64,000 nt of DNA, from NCBI GenBank assembly GCA_034370465.1, contig JAXMLA010000317.1, positions 270-64,269 of the forward strand, in the 5' to 3' direction. Below, one piece after another: positions 12,796 to 21,014 of this stretch. Position numbers and translations under genes: made by a program. A model generated the notes under the pieces. The model searched no databases. It had not been told where the DNA came from and saw nothing but the letters and a program-made list of their open reading frames with translations. This stretch comes from Desulfuromonadales bacterium (GTDB lineage Bacteria; Desulfobacterota; Desulfuromonadia; Desulfuromonadales; UBA2197). Every line of letters starts with the position of its first letter. The first letter of the stretch is position 1.

Positions 12796-14562
12796 TTATG
12801 CGTCGCCATCCTCGGTTTCCTCGATCGTCGCTTCGATCGGAATCATCACGGGTCGGACTTCGACAATCTCGCCGCCCAAAAGGTCACAGACCGAGCGAAC
12901 CACCGGATTGCCGCGTGCTTCATCGTTCAGCTCTTTCGTTAAGTTCTCTTCAGCTGCCCGCCGACTCTGTTGTAATGACGGCGGCGCGCTCCCCTGCACT
13001 TCTGCTTCACTCAGAGGGACGAAACGGAGATCGACCTTACTGCCAAAAAAAGCGTCGGCAAGGGCGCGCAACTCGGTAATGACGGTCTCTTCCTGCAGCA
13101 TCTCCAGAGCCAGTGATCCCTTGGGCAAGCCGAGACGAATGGTGGGTAAGGCCATCTCCAGAAGGCTGGCCTGCTCCAAAACATTGACCAGACGCGGCCG
13201 CTTGGCCGCCCGGACATGGGCGATCATCCCTGGCCAATCTTGCGTCCCCCCGGCCGCCGGCGAAACCACGACCGGCGCAGGAGTTTCTGCTGCAACGTTC
13301 GTCTCTTGGGGCGCAACCCGTGGAGACGCGACGGGAGCAGAAGGGGTTGCCGGCTTGAGCGGTGCAGAGGACGCTGGCACCGGCGGACGCGGCGGGGACG
13401 CCATCCCTTTACCATTGCCGAGACGGCGCTCCAACTCGTCAATCTTCCCCAACAGCGCCGCAATCTCACGGGTCGGCGGCAGATAACAGAGGCGAATCAG
13501 GGTCATCTCCAGCAAGAGTCGCGGGAAGGTCGAGTGCGCCAGTTCACTCTCGGTCCGCAGGAGCAAGGTCATGGCCCGCTGCAGATCCTCCACCGTCGCC
13601 CGCTCGGACAGAGATTGCAACTTCTGCCGCTCTTCCGTCGTCACATCCAGGAGATCGCCGGGGTCGCTGGTCACCTTGAGCAGGATCAATCCGCGCAGCG
13701 CCTCGACCAACTCCTGCGCAAACTGCCGGAAGGCATAGCCCTGCTCATCGATGCGGCGTAAGGTTTCAAGGGCGAGATGGCTTTCCCGGTTGACAATCGC
13801 TTCGACAGTATCGTGAATCAAGCGACGGTCAACGAGACCGAGGAGACCCTGGACATCGGCATCGGCCACGACCTCACCACAAAAGGCGAGCATCTGATCG
13901 AGGGCGGAGAGGGCGTCACGCATGCTCCCTTCGCCGCGCCGGGCGATCAGGGTCAGAGCGAGATCGGAGATGGTGATCTTTTCGGCATCGACAATACTCC
14001 GCAAACGCGCCACCAAAGGGCTGAGACTGATCTTGCGGAAATCAAAACGCTGGCAGCGGGACAGGATGGTGATCGGGATTTTATGGGGTTCGGTGGTGGC
14101 GAAGATAAACTTGACGTGCGGCGGCGGCTCTTCGAGGGTCTTGAGCAGGGCATTGAAGGCGCTCGTCGAGAGCATGTGTACTTCATCGATGATGATGATC
14201 CGGTAGCGACCGCGCGACGGGAGATAACGGATACTTTCGCGCAGTTCGCGAATTTCATCGACGCCATTGTTGGAGGCGCCGTCAATCTCGAGGACGTCGA
14301 TCCCCTGGCCGTTGGTGATCTCGACGCAGGAAGGGCAAAGGTTGCAGGGGGTGGGGGAAAGTCCGGCTTCGCAGTTGAGGGCTTTGGCGAGGATGCGGGC
14401 GGCCGAGGTCTTACCGACGCCGCGGGCGCCGGTAAAGAGGAAAGCATGGTGAATGCGGCCGCTCGCCATAGCATTCGCCAGGGTCCGGCTGACATGTTCC
14501 TGACCGACCAGGTCGTCAAAGTTCTGCGGTCGCCATTTACGCGCCAGCACCTGGTAAGACAT
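12796..14562 (-). CDS. dnaX: DNA polymerase III subunits gamma/tau
   Basis: MSYQVLARKWRPQNFDDLVGQEHV...FTGARGVGKTS...IIIIDEVHML, a zinc module CNLCPSC, and a Pro/Ala-rich linker. Confidence 0.95.
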   Translation of the reverse strand: MSYQVLARKWRPQNFDDLVGQEHVSRTLANAMASGRIHHAFLFTGARGVGKTSAARILAKALNCEAGLSPTPCNLCPSCVEITNGQGIDVLEIDGASNNGVDEIRELRESIRYLPSRGRYRIIIIDEVHMLSTSAFNALLKTLEEPPPHVKFIFATTEPHKIPITILSRCQRFDFRKISLSPLVARLRSIVDAEKITISDLALTLIARRGEGSMRDALSALDQMLAFCGEVVADADVQGLLGLVDRRLIHDTVEAIVNRESHLALETLRRIDEQGYAFRQFAQELVEALRGLILLKVTSDPGDLLDVTTEERQKLQSLSERATVEDLQRAMTLLLRTESELAHSTFPRLLLEMTLIRLCYLPPTREIAALLGKIDELERRLGNGKGMASPPRPPVPASSAPLKPATPSAPVASPRVAPQETNVAAETPAPVVVSPAAGGTQDWPGMIAHVRAAKRPRLVNVLEQASLLEMALPTIRLGLPKGSLALEMLQEETVITELRALADAFFGSKVDLRFVPLSEAEVQGSAPPSLQQSRRAAEENLTKELNDEARGNPVVRSVCDLLGGEIVEVRPVMIPIEATIEETEDGDA

Positions 14563-14644
14563 GGATACAAAGACTCCGTCGCCGGGGGTTGACTTTCGAA
14601 GGAACTGAAGGCAAAGAGTGAATCAGACTAGAACCGGAAAGAAT

Positions 14645-14777
14645 GTTGCCGTCACAAGTGACAGCCAGGCACCCCCGCGGCACACGACTAAGACCGTTAC
14701 CGCTGCTCCCTTCCGGGCCTGACGGGGTTGGCGATCCGCCGTTGCGCGGGACCCGGCTGTCACTTCTAACGGCAACC
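14645..14777 (-). ncRNA. ffs: signal recognition particle RNA (4.5S/SRP RNA); ends approximate
   Basis: The minus strand contains CCCCGUCAGGCCCGGAAGGGAGCAGCGGUAA, matching the conserved domain IV GUCAGGUCCGGAAGGAAGCAGC. It is closed by GUGACAGCC(GGG)/(CCU)GGCUGUCAC (14763-14755 / 14666-14658), with a further GUUGCCGU/ACGGCAAC extension. It has the classic location upstream of dnaX. Confidence 0.8.
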
Positions 14778-14818
14778 GCACTAGGCAGAGCTGCACTGGA
14801 ACCCGAAGAATCGCCGAC

Positions 14819-14847
14819 AAAATACAACAGGCGCGCAGGGGTGTAAA
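14819..14847 (-). promoter_or_regulatory. putative sigma70 promoter for ffs
   Basis: Minus strand TTTACA (14847-14842), 17-nt spacer, TATTTT (14824-14819). Confidence 0.4.
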
Positions 14848-14949
14848 GGGATTTTTGTTTAGGCAGAAAAGCCGATTGACAACGCACGCAACTCCCCCTA
14901 AAATCGCCGCCAACCGACCCTTATTTATCGTCACTGGAGTGCAGCACAC

Positions 14950-15648
14950 ATGGAACAAAGTCAAACGAAGATTCTGCTGGTCGATGAATCCAGATTCTTT
15001 TTGACGATAGAGAAACAGTTTCTCCGCAACATCCCCGTGACCCTCCTTGAGGCTCAAAGCGCTGCCCAGGCCCTGGCCTTCTGCCGCGATGAGAAGCCGC
15101 AGCTTATCTATCTCGCCCAGGAGATCACCGGTATGCCGGGGTCGCAATGTTGCCTGCAGATCAAAGCCGACCCGGCTCTCCGTCAAATTCCGATCATCAT
15201 GATCTGTGAACCCGGTGAAGAGAATCTCTGTCACCTGGCCGGCTGCAATGCGGTTCTCCTCAAGCCCCTCGATCGCCACCGTTTCCTTGAGGTCGGGCGC
15301 AGCTTTCTCGCCGGTATCCGCGAGCGTCGGCGCTCCTGCATTGTCAGCACCACCGTCAAGAGCGAGATCATCAACTTTGCCGCGCGCGGCCTGGATATCA
15401 GCGGCGGCGGCATCTTCCTCGACACCACGGCCAATCCACCGATAGGAACAGCCGTCCAGCTCGATATTCATCTCGCCCGTCCCCACGAAACCGGCCCGCA
15501 TATCCATTGCTCCGGAGTGGTGGCTTGGCACAATACCAGAGAGAATCCGCAAAAACCGAATCACCCGGTCGGCCTCGGCATAAAATTTCATGCGCTCTCC
15601 ACCCAAACTGCCGCCGTCCTCAACGGTTTTCTCCACTCTTTTGATTAG
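14950..15648 (+). CDS. receiver-domain / PilZ-domain protein (c-di-GMP effector candidate)
   Basis: The N-terminal REC fold has ILLVDES and VLLKP. The expected phospho-acceptor position reads LIYLAQEITGMPG, with no Asp. The C-terminal PilZ motifs are RERRR (RxxxR) and DISGGG (DxSxxG). Confidence 0.85.
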   Translation: MEQSQTKILLVDESRFFLTIEKQFLRNIPVTLLEAQSAAQALAFCRDEKPQLIYLAQEITGMPGSQCCLQIKADPALRQIPIIMICEPGEENLCHLAGCNAVLLKPLDRHRFLEVGRSFLAGIRERRRSCIVSTTVKSEIINFAARGLDISGGGIFLDTTANPPIGTAVQLDIHLARPHETGPHIHCSGVVAWHNTRENPQKPNHPVGLGIKFHALSTQTAAVLNGFLHSFD

Positions 15649-15667
15649 GGTCACAGCTCTAAAAGAC

Positions 15668-15706
15668 AAAAAAAGCGCGTCGGCCAGGAGGGAACGCACG
15701 ACGCGC
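15668..15706 (-). terminator. intrinsic terminator oriented for the minus strand
   Basis: 8-bp GC stem (15675-15682 / 15699-15706). A run of 7 T follows on the minus strand (plus-strand A-run 15668-15674). No T-run follows on the plus strand. Confidence 0.6.
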
Positions 15707-15721
15707 AAAGGTTTACTAATT
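15668..15721 (-). ncRNA. predicted ~55-nt small RNA (orphan promoter-terminator unit)
   Basis: It lies between the promoter at 15728-15755 and the terminator hairpin GCGCGUCG/CGACGCGC plus U7. The loop is UGCGUUCCCUCCUGGC. There is no ORF. This is a structural prediction only. Confidence 0.35.
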
Positions 15722-15727
15722 TCTTAA

Positions 15728-15755
15728 AGTTTAATTCTGGAAAGCTTTTTGTCAA
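15728..15755 (-). promoter_or_regulatory. sigma70-type promoter on minus strand
   Basis: Consensus -35 TTGACA (15755-15750), 16-nt spacer, -10 TAAACT (15733-15728). Confidence 0.45.
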
Positions 15756-15767
15756 CACGGCGGAGAA

Positions 15768-15818
15768 GAAATAACGAAGAGGCCGGAACAATTTTTGTTC
15801 CGGCCTCTTCGTTATTTC
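15768..15818. repeat. perfect 24-bp-stem palindrome (probable bidirectional terminator/insulator)
   Basis: 15768-15791 pairs perfectly with 15795-15818 around a 3-nt loop. The outer parts of both arms are A/T-rich, so the GC core hairpin is followed by GUUAUUU on either strand. Confidence 0.5.
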
Positions 15819-15923
15819 CACCCATCAGGATCTAAAAAGATGAAATCCTTGCGCAAAGCGCTTCAGAACTATAAACTGCCAGCGTTTTTTAAGAAGAATC
15901 CGGAAATTCAGGTTGGAGTCATT

Positions 15924-16691
15924 GTGGATAAAGTCTATTTCGTCGGCGCCGGTCCGGGCGACGCTGAATTGATCACAGTCAAGGGAGCACGGCTCCTTGC
16001 CGAAGCGCAAGTGGTTCTTTATGCCGGGAGTTTGGTCGATCGCGCTCTGGTCAACACTTACGCACCGCAGGCGGAGATCATCGATTCGGCCGCATTGAAT
16101 CTCGCCGAGACGACGCAAATCCTCGTCACCAGCAGCCGTGCCGGCAAGAAGACGATTCGCCTCCATACCGGTGATCCAGCTATCTTTGGCGCCATCCAGG
16201 AGCAGATGGCCGAACTCGACGCCCACGGCATCGATTACGCCGTCATCCCCGGCGTCACCAGCGCCTTTGCCGCGGCCGCCGCCCTGCGCCAGGAGTTGAC
16301 CCTGCCGGAGGTCTCGCAAACCGTTATCTTCACCCGTATCGCCGGCCGCACTCCGGTTCCGGAAAAGGAAGCTCTCGAAAAACTCGCAGCGATCGGGGCG
16401 ACGCTGGTGATCTACCTCTCGGTCGGCATGATCAACCAGGTTGTGGATGCCCTTTTAGCCGGCGCCTACACGCCAGAGAGTCCGGTCGCTGTCGTCGCCC
16501 GTGCTTCCTGGCCCGATGAACAGGTCCTCGAAGGGACACTTGCCGAAATCAGTGAACTCGTGCGCGCCGCCGGGATCAATCGTCAAGCCCTGATCATTGT
16601 CGGCGACGTTCTCGCCGCCCGTAAAAAAGGGCTAACCGCGAAATCGCTCCTTTACGACGCCGACTTCCGGCACGGCTATCGCTCATCATGA
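15924..16691 (+). CDS. cbiF: cobalt-precorrin-4 C11-methyltransferase
   Basis: KVYFVGAGPGDAELITVKGARLLAEAQVVLYAGSLV. GTG 15924 (GGAG 5 nt upstream) gives the usual N-terminus MDKVYFVGAGPGD. In-frame upstream alternatives are ATG 15840 and TTG 15795 (the track start). Confidence 0.85.
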   Translation: MDKVYFVGAGPGDAELITVKGARLLAEAQVVLYAGSLVDRALVNTYAPQAEIIDSAALNLAETTQILVTSSRAGKKTIRLHTGDPAIFGAIQEQMAELDAHGIDYAVIPGVTSAFAAAAALRQELTLPEVSQTVIFTRIAGRTPVPEKEALEKLAAIGATLVIYLSVGMINQVVDALLAGAYTPESPVAVVARASWPDEQVLEGTLAEISELVRAAGINRQALIIVGDVLAARKKGLTAKSLLYDADFRHGYRSS

Positions 16692-17767
16692 CCCTGGCGA
16701 TCTGTGCCATCACCGCGGGAGGTGCCGCCCTTGCCCGCCGCCTCGGCACCCTCCTGCCGGAGGCGGAGGTCTGGCTCCCCGAGAAGTTGCGGTCTGACGA
16801 TCAGTGCCGCTACAGCGCTGCCGGGATGGCAAAGCTGCTGCCGCAACTCTTTGCGCGCGGCCACAGCCTGATCTGCATCATGGCGACCGGCATTGTCGTG
16901 CGCAGCCTGGCTCCACTACTGCGCAGCAAAGCCAGCGATCCGGCGGTCGTTGTCCTCGATGAAGCCGGACACTTTGCCATCAGCCTTCTGTCCGGTCACC
17001 TTGGCGGCGCCAATGCCCTGACCCGCCAGGTCGCAACTCTCCTCGGCGCCACGCCGGTGATTACCACGGCCACCGATGTCAACAATTTGTGTGCCTGGGA
17101 CGAAGCCGCCCGCTTCGCCAACCTCGCCGTCGAACCGCTGGAGCGGATCCGCACCCTCAACAACCTCCTGTTACAGGGGGAGAAGATCGCTCTGGTCGAT
17201 CACCACCGCCTGATCGCTGCACACTTTGCGACAACCACGGGGGTAACGATGGCCGCCAACTTCAGCGCCGCCGGCCAGACCGGCGCGGCGGGACGAGTCT
17301 TTGTCACCGAGCGGCTTATCCCTGAGCTGGCCGCACAGGAGGATCTTCTCCTGCTGCGACCGCGTCGTCTGGTCCTTGGCATCGGCTGCAACCGCCACAC
17401 CAGCAAAGAAGAGATCGACCAGGCGGTCGAAAATGTCCTCAAGAAGGTTTGGCTGGCGCGCCTGGCGGTAGGGCGAATAGCCACGATTGTCGAGAAAGGG
17501 GATGAAACCGGTCTCCTCGCTTTTGCCGAAGAGCTGCGGCTCCCCCTGATCACCTACAGTCGCGAAGAACTCAACCGTGTTCGTTGTCCATCCCCTCCTT
17601 CCGCGCATGCTCTCGCTGCGGTCGGTGCCCATGGCGTCTGCGAACCGGCGGCGCTTTTGGCAGCAGAAGGCGGGCCTCTCCTCATCCCGAAACAGAAGTG
17701 TGGTCAGGTCACGGTCGCTGTGGCCCGACTCCTTGCCCCCACCCCTTGCGAAGACGACCAAACATGA
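16688..17767 (+). CDS. cbiG: cobalt-precorrin-5A hydrolase
   Basis: 359 aa with the CbiG N-terminal, middle and C-terminal pattern (LAICAITAGG..., GIGCNRHTSKEEIDQAV). It overlaps both neighbours by 4 bp. Confidence 0.9.
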   Translation: MTLAICAITAGGAALARRLGTLLPEAEVWLPEKLRSDDQCRYSAAGMAKLLPQLFARGHSLICIMATGIVVRSLAPLLRSKASDPAVVVLDEAGHFAISLLSGHLGGANALTRQVATLLGATPVITTATDVNNLCAWDEAARFANLAVEPLERIRTLNNLLLQGEKIALVDHHRLIAAHFATTTGVTMAANFSAAGQTGAAGRVFVTERLIPELAAQEDLLLLRPRRLVLGIGCNRHTSKEEIDQAVENVLKKVWLARLAVGRIATIVEKGDETGLLAFAEELRLPLITYSREELNRVRCPSPPSAHALAAVGAHGVCEPAALLAAEGGPLLIPKQKCGQVTVAVARLLAPTPCEDDQT

Positions 17768-20073
17768 ACGGAAAACTTTACATTGTCGGCATCGGTCCCG
17801 GCGGCGCCGAACACATCACCCCGGCAGCCGCCAGGGTGATCGCCGTTGCGACGTTAATCGCCGGCTATCAGACCTACCTCGACTTTATCCCGCAACTTTT
17901 GGGTGGCAAGAAGCTCCTTTCCACCGGGATGATGCAGGAAGTTGAGCGGTGCCGCGCCGCCCTTGATGCCGCCCAGGCCGGCGAGATCGTCGCTCTGGTC
18001 TCTTCCGGCGACGCCGGCATCTACGGCATGGCCGGCCTGGCCCTGGAGATGCGCGAAGCCCTGAACCTTGATCTGGAGATCGAAGTTATCCCCGGTGTCT
18101 CGGCGGTGCAGGCAGCAGCGAGCCGTCTCGGGGCTCCACTCATGCACGACTTTGCCGTCATCTCCCTCTCCGATCTCCTCACCCCCTGGCCCCTGATCCG
18201 CACCCGCCTCAAGGCCGCAGCCGAGGCCGACTTTGTCGTCGCCCTTTACAATCCCAAGAGTCGCGGCCGCACCACTCAGCTCAGCGAAGCCTGCGCCATC
18301 TTCCGTGCCTGTCGCCCGGCGACCACCCCGGTCGGGATTGTCCGCAACGCCTGCCGTAATGATGAGTCACTGGTCATCACCGACCTTGCCGGTCTCGTTG
18401 ACGCTGAGGTCGACATGCTCTCGCTGGTGATCATCGGCAATGCCTCGACCTTCATCGACCGCTTTGGCAAGATGGTGACGCCGCGCGGCTATGAAGTGCG
18501 CAGTGGAACAACTCCCCCCTTTGCCAAAGGGGGAAGTGAAAACCACAAAGCCCGCGCCCTCTTTGTCGGCGGCACCGGCTCGGATGTCGGCAAGAGCGTG
18601 GTCACCGCCGGCCTCTGCCGTCTCTTCAAACGGCGCGGCTACCATGTCGCCCCCTTCAAAGCGCAGAACATGGCGCTCAATTCGGCGGTGACGCCGGAAG
18701 GGGGGGAGATTGGCCGGGCGCAGGCGCTGCAGGCCGCGGCCTGCGGCATTGCCGCGCATACCGACATGAACCCGATCCTGCTCAAACCGAATTCCGCGAC
18801 CGGCTCACAGGTGATCGTGGCCGGCAAGGCGCTAGGGAATATGTCGGTCAGCGAATATCATCGCTATAAACCCGAAGCCTTCGCGGCGGTCGAGGCTGCC
18901 TTTGCCCGACTGCAGGCGCAGTACGAGCTCGTCGTCCTTGAAGGGGCGGGGAGCATCGCCGAGATCAACCTCAAGGCGCACGACATTGTCAACCTCCGTG
19001 CCGCGCAGATGGCGGCCGCCCCGGTCCTCCTCGTCGCCGACATCGACCGCGGCGGCGTCTTTGCCGCGATCATCGGCACGATTGAACTCCTCCCCCCGGA
19101 GGAGCGCGCCAGCGTCGCCGGAATCATTATCAATCGCTTTCGCGGCGACGCCAGCCTCCTCACCCCGGGGATCACGGCGATTGAGGAACGCACCGGCATT
19201 CCCGTCCTCGGCGTCATCCCCTGGATTAAACTACAGCTGCCGGAAGAGGATTCGGTCGCTCTCGGCCGTAAACCGGTCGCGGCCCAATTGCACCACACTC
19301 TGCGCATCGGCGTGATCCGCTTGCCCCACATCTCCAATTACACCGACTTCGATCCCCTCGAAGGAAGCGCCGGGGTCGAACTCCTTTATATCAGCGAAGC
19401 AAGTCAGATGACCGGCCTCGATCTCCTTATCCTCCCCGGCAGCAAAAGTACCATCCCCGACCTTTCCTGGCTGCGGCAAAGCGGTATCACCCGGGCGATC
19501 CACGATTACCGTCAGGCCGGCGGCGAGATCATCGGCATCTGCGGCGGCTACCAGATGCTCGGCAGAACGGTCACTGATCCGGATGGTGTCGAGTCAGATC
19601 TCGACCTCTGCGAGGGGCTCGGTTTCCTCGATGTCACGACGATCCTCACCGGTGAGAAGCAAACCCATCAGGTCGCCGGCTGCGCGCTCGCAGGCGCAGA
19701 ACAGCTCGGACTGGGGCAGGATGAGGTCGTCAGCGGCTACGAAATCCACATGGGGGAGACGACGATCGGGCCGCTGGCGCAGCCACTTTTGCGCTTGACC
19801 ATGCGCTCCGGCTGCACGGTTGTCGTCAACGACGGTGCCATCAGCGCCGATGGCCGCGTCTGGGGGAGCTACCTGCACGGCCTCTTCGACAACGAATCGA
19901 TCCGCCAACCGCTGCTGTCCCGCCTGCGGCAAAAGCGCGGTCTGGAAACGGTGGAGGACAAGGCCGCAACCGAGCTGGAGAGCGAACTCGATCGCCTCGC
20001 GGACCACTTACAAGCCCACCTCGACGTCGAGCGCATCCTCGCCCTCCTCGTCCCCCCCGGCGGCCAGGGATGA
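17764..20073 (+). CDS. fusion of CbiH (precorrin-3B C17-methyltransferase) and CobQ/CbiP (cobyric acid synthase)
   Basis: ATG 17764 overlaps the cbiG stop (ATGA). The N-terminal part is MNGKLYIVGIGPGG...SSGDAGIYGMAG...MVTPRGY. A ~20-aa linker follows. Then comes LFVGGTGSDVGKSVVTAGLCR...NPILLKP plus a GATase-like C-terminus (ICGGYQMLG). There is no stop between the two parts. Confidence 0.85.
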   Translation: MNGKLYIVGIGPGGAEHITPAAARVIAVATLIAGYQTYLDFIPQLLGGKKLLSTGMMQEVERCRAALDAAQAGEIVALVSSGDAGIYGMAGLALEMREALNLDLEIEVIPGVSAVQAAASRLGAPLMHDFAVISLSDLLTPWPLIRTRLKAAAEADFVVALYNPKSRGRTTQLSEACAIFRACRPATTPVGIVRNACRNDESLVITDLAGLVDAEVDMLSLVIIGNASTFIDRFGKMVTPRGYEVRSGTTPPFAKGGSENHKARALFVGGTGSDVGKSVVTAGLCRLFKRRGYHVAPFKAQNMALNSAVTPEGGEIGRAQALQAAACGIAAHTDMNPILLKPNSATGSQVIVAGKALGNMSVSEYHRYKPEAFAAVEAAFARLQAQYELVVLEGAGSIAEINLKAHDIVNLRAAQMAAAPVLLVADIDRGGVFAAIIGTIELLPPEERASVAGIIINRFRGDASLLTPGITAIEERTGIPVLGVIPWIKLQLPEEDSVALGRKPVAAQLHHTLRIGVIRLPHISNYTDFDPLEGSAGVELLYISEASQMTGLDLLILPGSKSTIPDLSWLRQSGITRAIHDYRQAGGEIIGICGGYQMLGRTVTDPDGVESDLDLCEGLGFLDVTTILTGEKQTHQVAGCALAGAEQLGLGQDEVVSGYEIHMGETTIGPLAQPLLRLTMRSGCTVVVNDGAISADGRVWGSYLHGLFDNESIRQPLLSRLRQKRGLETVEDKAATELESELDRLADHLQAHLDVERILALLVPPGGQG

Positions 20074-21014
20074 CAACAGCCCTCCTTGCCGCCGCCTGGG
20101 GACTCGACCTCCTCCTCGGTGACCCACGTTCCCTGCCCCATCCGGTCGTGGCCATCGGCCGGCTGATCCGGCGCGCCGAAGATTTTTGGCCCAAGATACT
20201 AAAGAACCGCCGCAATGCCGGTATCGTCCTGACTCTTTCCGTACTGGCGTTGACAGCGGCCACCACCTGGGGCATCCTTTTTTTGACGGCGACCCTGGCG
20301 CCGTGGCTGACCGTGCTGACGACGATCTGGCTGAGCTACACCTGCCTGGCGACCCGCTCCCTGCACCGGGAGAGCGCCAAGGTGATCCGTGCGCTGGAAG
20401 CCGGCGACCTTCCCGGCGCACGGCTGGCCCTGTCGTGGATCGTCAGTCGCGACACCCGTGAGCTCGAGGAGGAAGCGATCCTCCGCGCCACCTGCGAAAC
20501 TGTCGCCGAGAATACCTCAGACGGCATCGTTGCTCCTTTACTTTACCTCGCTCTCGGCGGACCGATTCTGGGGATGACCTATAAAGCCGCCAGCACCCTC
20601 GATTCGATGGTCGGCTACAAGAACGCTACCTATCTCCAGCTCGGCTGGGCATCGGCACGTCTCGATGATCTCCTCAACCTCATCCCGGCGCGATTGACCG
20701 TCGTCCTGATTGCCCTGTGTGCGCCGCTGGTCGGTCTCAGTGGCGCACAGGCTCTGCAGGCGGCCCGTAACGATGGGGGCAAGAGCAGCAGCCCCAACGC
20801 CGGCTACCCGATGGCGGCGATGGCCGGGGCGCTCGGGGTGACCTTCGGCGGCGTTGCCACCTACTTTGGCGAGCGCGTTGAAAAGCCGACCCTCGGCCGC
20901 GCCTGCCACCCCTTGACGCTGGCGGATTATCATCGAACCATCCGTCTGATGTACACTGTTTCCCTGACCGCCCTCCTCCTCTGCGGCGGGCTCCTGCTTT
21001 TGTCGAAAGGGTGA
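20070..21014 (+). CDS. cbiB: adenosylcobinamide-phosphate synthase
   Basis: MTTALLAAAWGLDLLLGDPRSLPHPVVAIGRLI. Membrane protein of CobD/CbiB type. Confidence 0.9.
   Translation: MTTALLAAAWGLDLLLGDPRSLPHPVVAIGRLIRRAEDFWPKILKNRRNAGIVLTLSVLALTAATTWGILFLTATLAPWLTVLTTIWLSYTCLATRSLHRESAKVIRALEAGDLPGARLALSWIVSRDTRELEEEAILRATCETVAENTSDGIVAPLLYLALGGPILGMTYKAASTLDSMVGYKNATYLQLGWASARLDDLLNLIPARLTVVLIALCAPLVGLSGAQALQAARNDGGKSSSPNAGYPMAAMAGALGVTFGGVATYFGERVEKPTLGRACHPLTLADYHRTIRLMYTVSLTALLLCGGLLLLSKG

Noticed and set aside
12796-14562. Programmed -1 frameshift site in dnaX (A AAA AAG)
   Set aside because: I noticed no sense-strand AAAAAAG heptamer. The only A7G string (about 13044-13051) is on the plus strand, which is antisense to dnaX.
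14623-15708. 361-aa minus-strand ORF
   Set aside because: It overlaps the SRP RNA and runs antisense through the REC-PilZ gene, whose motifs are clear. It has no recognisable domain and is treated as a shadow ORF.
15649-15923. Expected cobalamin riboswitch upstream of cbiF
   Set aside because: I looked for the B12 box (AGYCMGGAGACCKGCC-like) and the GGUG/GCCACUG core. Only a superficial GCCAGGAG match appears, inside the minus-oriented terminator loop. No riboswitch is supported.
17584-17763. Upstream extension of the CbiH-CobQ ORF (track start 17584)
   Set aside because: The extra 60 codons lie inside cbiG in another frame and are Arg/Pro-rich. ATG 17764 overlaps the cbiG stop (ATGA) and gives the canonical CbiH N-terminus.
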